Positions 61,814 to 64,000 of a DNA stretch of 64,000 nucleotides are shown in pieces. The stretch lies in IMG/VR virus record IMGVR_UViG_2541047295_000015, positions 32,001 through 96,000 of that record; one strand, given 5' to 3'. The stretch's first letter is position 1, and each line of letters starts with the position of its first letter. The DNA comes from a virus. Taxonomy: Duplodnaviria; Caudoviricetes. Below the pieces are notes generated by a model. It did not search any database. It was given only the letters and a program-made list of their open reading frames with translations, and had not been told where the DNA came from. The position numbers were made by a program, and so were the translations under genes.

Positions 61814-62992
61814 TTAAATTGCTATTGCTAAACTTCCATTCTTATTTATGCTCTGAACAATCAATGTTCTTATAAATGCTCCTGGATTACGTATCTCATT
61901 ATAGTTTGTATCTTCTTCGTCAACTGTATATTTATTAAACATATAATCTAATGCTGCTAGTACTCTATTAACTCCATATTGTACTGCTAATCCAACTAAG
62001 TCATTTATAATAATATCTTTTTCTATTTCTAATTTATTTCTTAAATCTTCTTCAAATAAATTATATCTATCTAAATTTAACTGAGATAATACTTTACTAT
62101 AATTAGAACTCAAGGAGCATCCTGTATCATCAAAGAATTTTAATATTTTTATTCTTACAGATTCTGTATATTTCTCTGAGATGCTTTCTTTCGTCTCATA
62201 ACGCTTTGTATCTATTGTATCATTACTTATATCAAATAAAGTTTTAGTGCTTCTTAGAAAGGTATCTATACGCTTGTTTGATTTCTTTATGTACTCTGGA
62301 AGTATAGAGATAAGATTATCTTTTTTAAATCGTATTCTCTTACCTAATTTACTTCCTTTAGCATCAGCCCAAACTAATTTTTTAATTTCAAGTTTTAACT
62401 CATTTACATTTTCAAAACTTAATAGGTGAGTTAAAGTATCTAATGACATAGTCAAGTAACCTTTTCCACCATCTTCTTTTTTAAGATGATTTTTGTACTC
62501 TTCATCTATGACTATATCAAATTTACCTCTTTTTATCTCTGTAGAATAAACTAATCCAACTTGTAATAATACATTATGATTATGTCTTGCTGTAACAACA
62601 GAGATATTGCATATATCAGCTATGTTTTGAAATGATATTGATTTTCTAACATAGTTTTTATTAGATACTATAAAATGATATGCTAGATATTGCTTTATAG
62701 CACTCTTACTTAAAGTAATATGTTTATTTACATTAGTTACAATCTCTATTGTACCTATTTCTGTTTCTTTTTCTGTAACATAAGAAAACTCTGATATAGT
62801 GTTTAATTTAGGACAATTTGAGCAGAAGTCATTTAATTTATTACTATCAAAAGAAGGATTATTTTTTATTGCACAAGAATTACAAGCGGAATAGTCTATT
62901 TTTTCTACTTTTCTTATAGAAGTTTTAAAAACATCTAAGATATCTTTTAATTTTGATTTTGATATTCTAGCAACTGGTTTTAATTCTTGCAT
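61814..62992 (-). CDS. Putative replication initiator / HTH DNA-binding protein
   Basis: RBS aaggagga before ATG at 62992; HTH-like ISFQNIADICNISVVTA; C-terminal IRNPGAFIRT like Rep/DnaD-type proteins. Confidence 0.5.
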   Translation of the reverse strand: MQELKPVARISKSKLKDILDVFKTSIRKVEKIDYSACNSCAIKNNPSFDSNKLNDFCSNCPKLNTISEFSYVTEKETEIGTIEIVTNVNKHITLSKSAIKQYLAYHFIVSNKNYVRKSISFQNIADICNISVVTARHNHNVLLQVGLVYSTEIKRGKFDIVIDEEYKNHLKKEDGGKGYLTMSLDTLTHLLSFENVNELKLEIKKLVWADAKGSKLGKRIRFKKDNLISILPEYIKKSNKRIDTFLRSTKTLFDISNDTIDTKRYETKESISEKYTESVRIKILKFFDDTGCSLSSNYSKVLSQLNLDRYNLFEEDLRNKLEIEKDIIINDLVGLAVQYGVNRVLAALDYMFNKYTVDEEDTNYNEIRNPGAFIRTLIVQSINKNGSLAIAI

Positions 62993-63072
62993 ATTATAAT
63001 CCTCCTTTCTTAGTAATATTTCTATAAAATTATTATAACACATATGGTTACATGTTGTAAGAATGTGTAACA

Positions 63073-63339
63073 TTAGTACTCATTTTTTTTGATTTTCATG
63101 ATAGTATTTCTGCCGCAGTTATACTTTTGCTCTGCTTTTCTTATACTCAATCCATTATCTAAATCATTTTTTATTTTTTTTACCTGCTCATTATTAAATC
63201 TTTTGCTTCTCCTACCTTGCTGGACTACATAATAATTTTCATTTTCTAAAGTCTCATATTCAATTCCAGCTTTATCTAGCTTCTCTTTTTTCGAACTATC
63301 TACAATAAAGACTACTTTATCTTTATATTTAATACTCAT
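63073..63339 (-). CDS. Small HTH protein
   Basis: GLSIRKAEQKYNCGRNTI HTH. Confidence 0.65.
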   Translation of the reverse strand: MSIKYKDKVVFIVDSSKKEKLDKAGIEYETLENENYYVVQQGRRSKRFNNEQVKKIKNDLDNGLSIRKAEQKYNCGRNTIMKIKKNEY

Positions 63340-63368
63340 ATTGTGATAACTCCTTATATAAATATGTT

Positions 63369-63755
63369 TTATTTTTGTATTAATAAATTATCTACCAAAT
63401 CAATAATTAAATTAGCATTTATTAAAAAGTCTAATCCTAATAAACCATTTACTTTTTCTTCTGGGTCAATCTCTCCAAAATCTAATTTTATATTTTCAAG
63501 AGTTATATCACCACAAGCAACCTTATTAACTAATTTCCTTACTGAATATTGAACAGTCCCACCATAACCAGAAGCCTTTACAATTGTATCATCATCATTA
63601 AATCCAATATCTGATTCCTCTAAATAAGAAGAAGATATTATAGTATGAGATGCTCCAGTATCAATGATCATATCTTTTACAAGGATACTTTTATTTTCAA
63701 TTAAGATTTCTATATCTGTATATAATAGTCCATTTTTATATTTGAAATTTTTCAT
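63369..63755 (-). CDS. Retropepsin-like aspartyl protease
   Basis: IIDTGASHT and GLLGLDFL. Confidence 0.85.
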   Translation of the reverse strand: MKNFKYKNGLLYTDIEILIENKSILVKDMIIDTGASHTIISSSYLEESDIGFNDDDTIVKASGYGGTVQYSVRKLVNKVACGDITLENIKLDFGEIDPEEKVNGLLGLDFLINANLIIDLVDNLLIQK

Positions 63756-63756
63756 A

Positions 63757-64000
63757 CTACAAACCTCTTCTTATACCAATATGTTTTATGATATCTATTA
63801 CAAATTCTTTATTCTTGGTGTTATATACAATTTCTTTATCTTTACATCTGTTGAATTCTTTTAAAGCCTCTTTATTGTTAGGAATAACTTTTATAAGAGC
63901 TACTTCATCTACATACTCCTTTTCATTTTGTATATGCGATTCCAAAATTTCTAATTTTACAAATGAATTAGGATATAAGTTTCTAACCTCTGACCATTTC
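63757..64000 (-). CDS. Small partner protein upstream of the protease (5' end just outside window)
   Basis: Frame continues KWSEVRNLYPNSFVKLEILESH to the window edge. Confidence 0.6.
   Translation of the reverse strand, partial: KWSEVRNLYPNSFVKLEILESHIQNEKEYVDEVALIKVIPNNKEALKEFNRCKDKEIVYNTKNKEFVIDIIKHIGIRRGL

Noticed and set aside
1-64000. CRISPR array, tRNA or rRNA genes
   Set aside because: No regularly spaced repeat-spacer units or cloverleaf/rRNA signatures seen; the repeats found are coding or junctional.

Overview
Very AT-rich 64 kb segment of a large temperate Firmicutes siphophage, most likely a Clostridioides difficile phiCD211/phiCDIF1296T-like prophage. This assignment is inferred from gene content and recalled families, not from a database search. 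Order: (1-29.9 kb, + strand) tape-measure C-terminus with a 1-nt frameshift, a type I toxin-antitoxin (TA) locus, tail proteins, an unusual array of five different tail-fibre/receptor-binding modules (collagen/BppU, RCC1-repeat, C-type-lectin/DGR-target-like, WD40 propeller, and a fifth type) with chaperones, then a lysis cassette; (29.9-38.9 kb) accessory region with two tyrosine recombinases, BlaI and XRE regulators, a second type I TA locus, a secreted protein + membrane protein pair, a NERD nuclease and a CWB2 cell-wall protein; (38.9-59.4 kb, - strand) replication/nucleotide metabolism genes (dUTPase, RuvC, guanylate kinase, primase, helicase, ERF, SSB, ThyX-like, DnaE, NrdG, and NrdD split by two group I introns with homing endonucleases); (59.4-64 kb) repressor switch with LexA-type boxes, an orphan LytTR regulator, a Rep-like protein and an aspartyl-protease gene pair. 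No tRNA, rRNA, CRISPR array or reverse transcriptase was seen.
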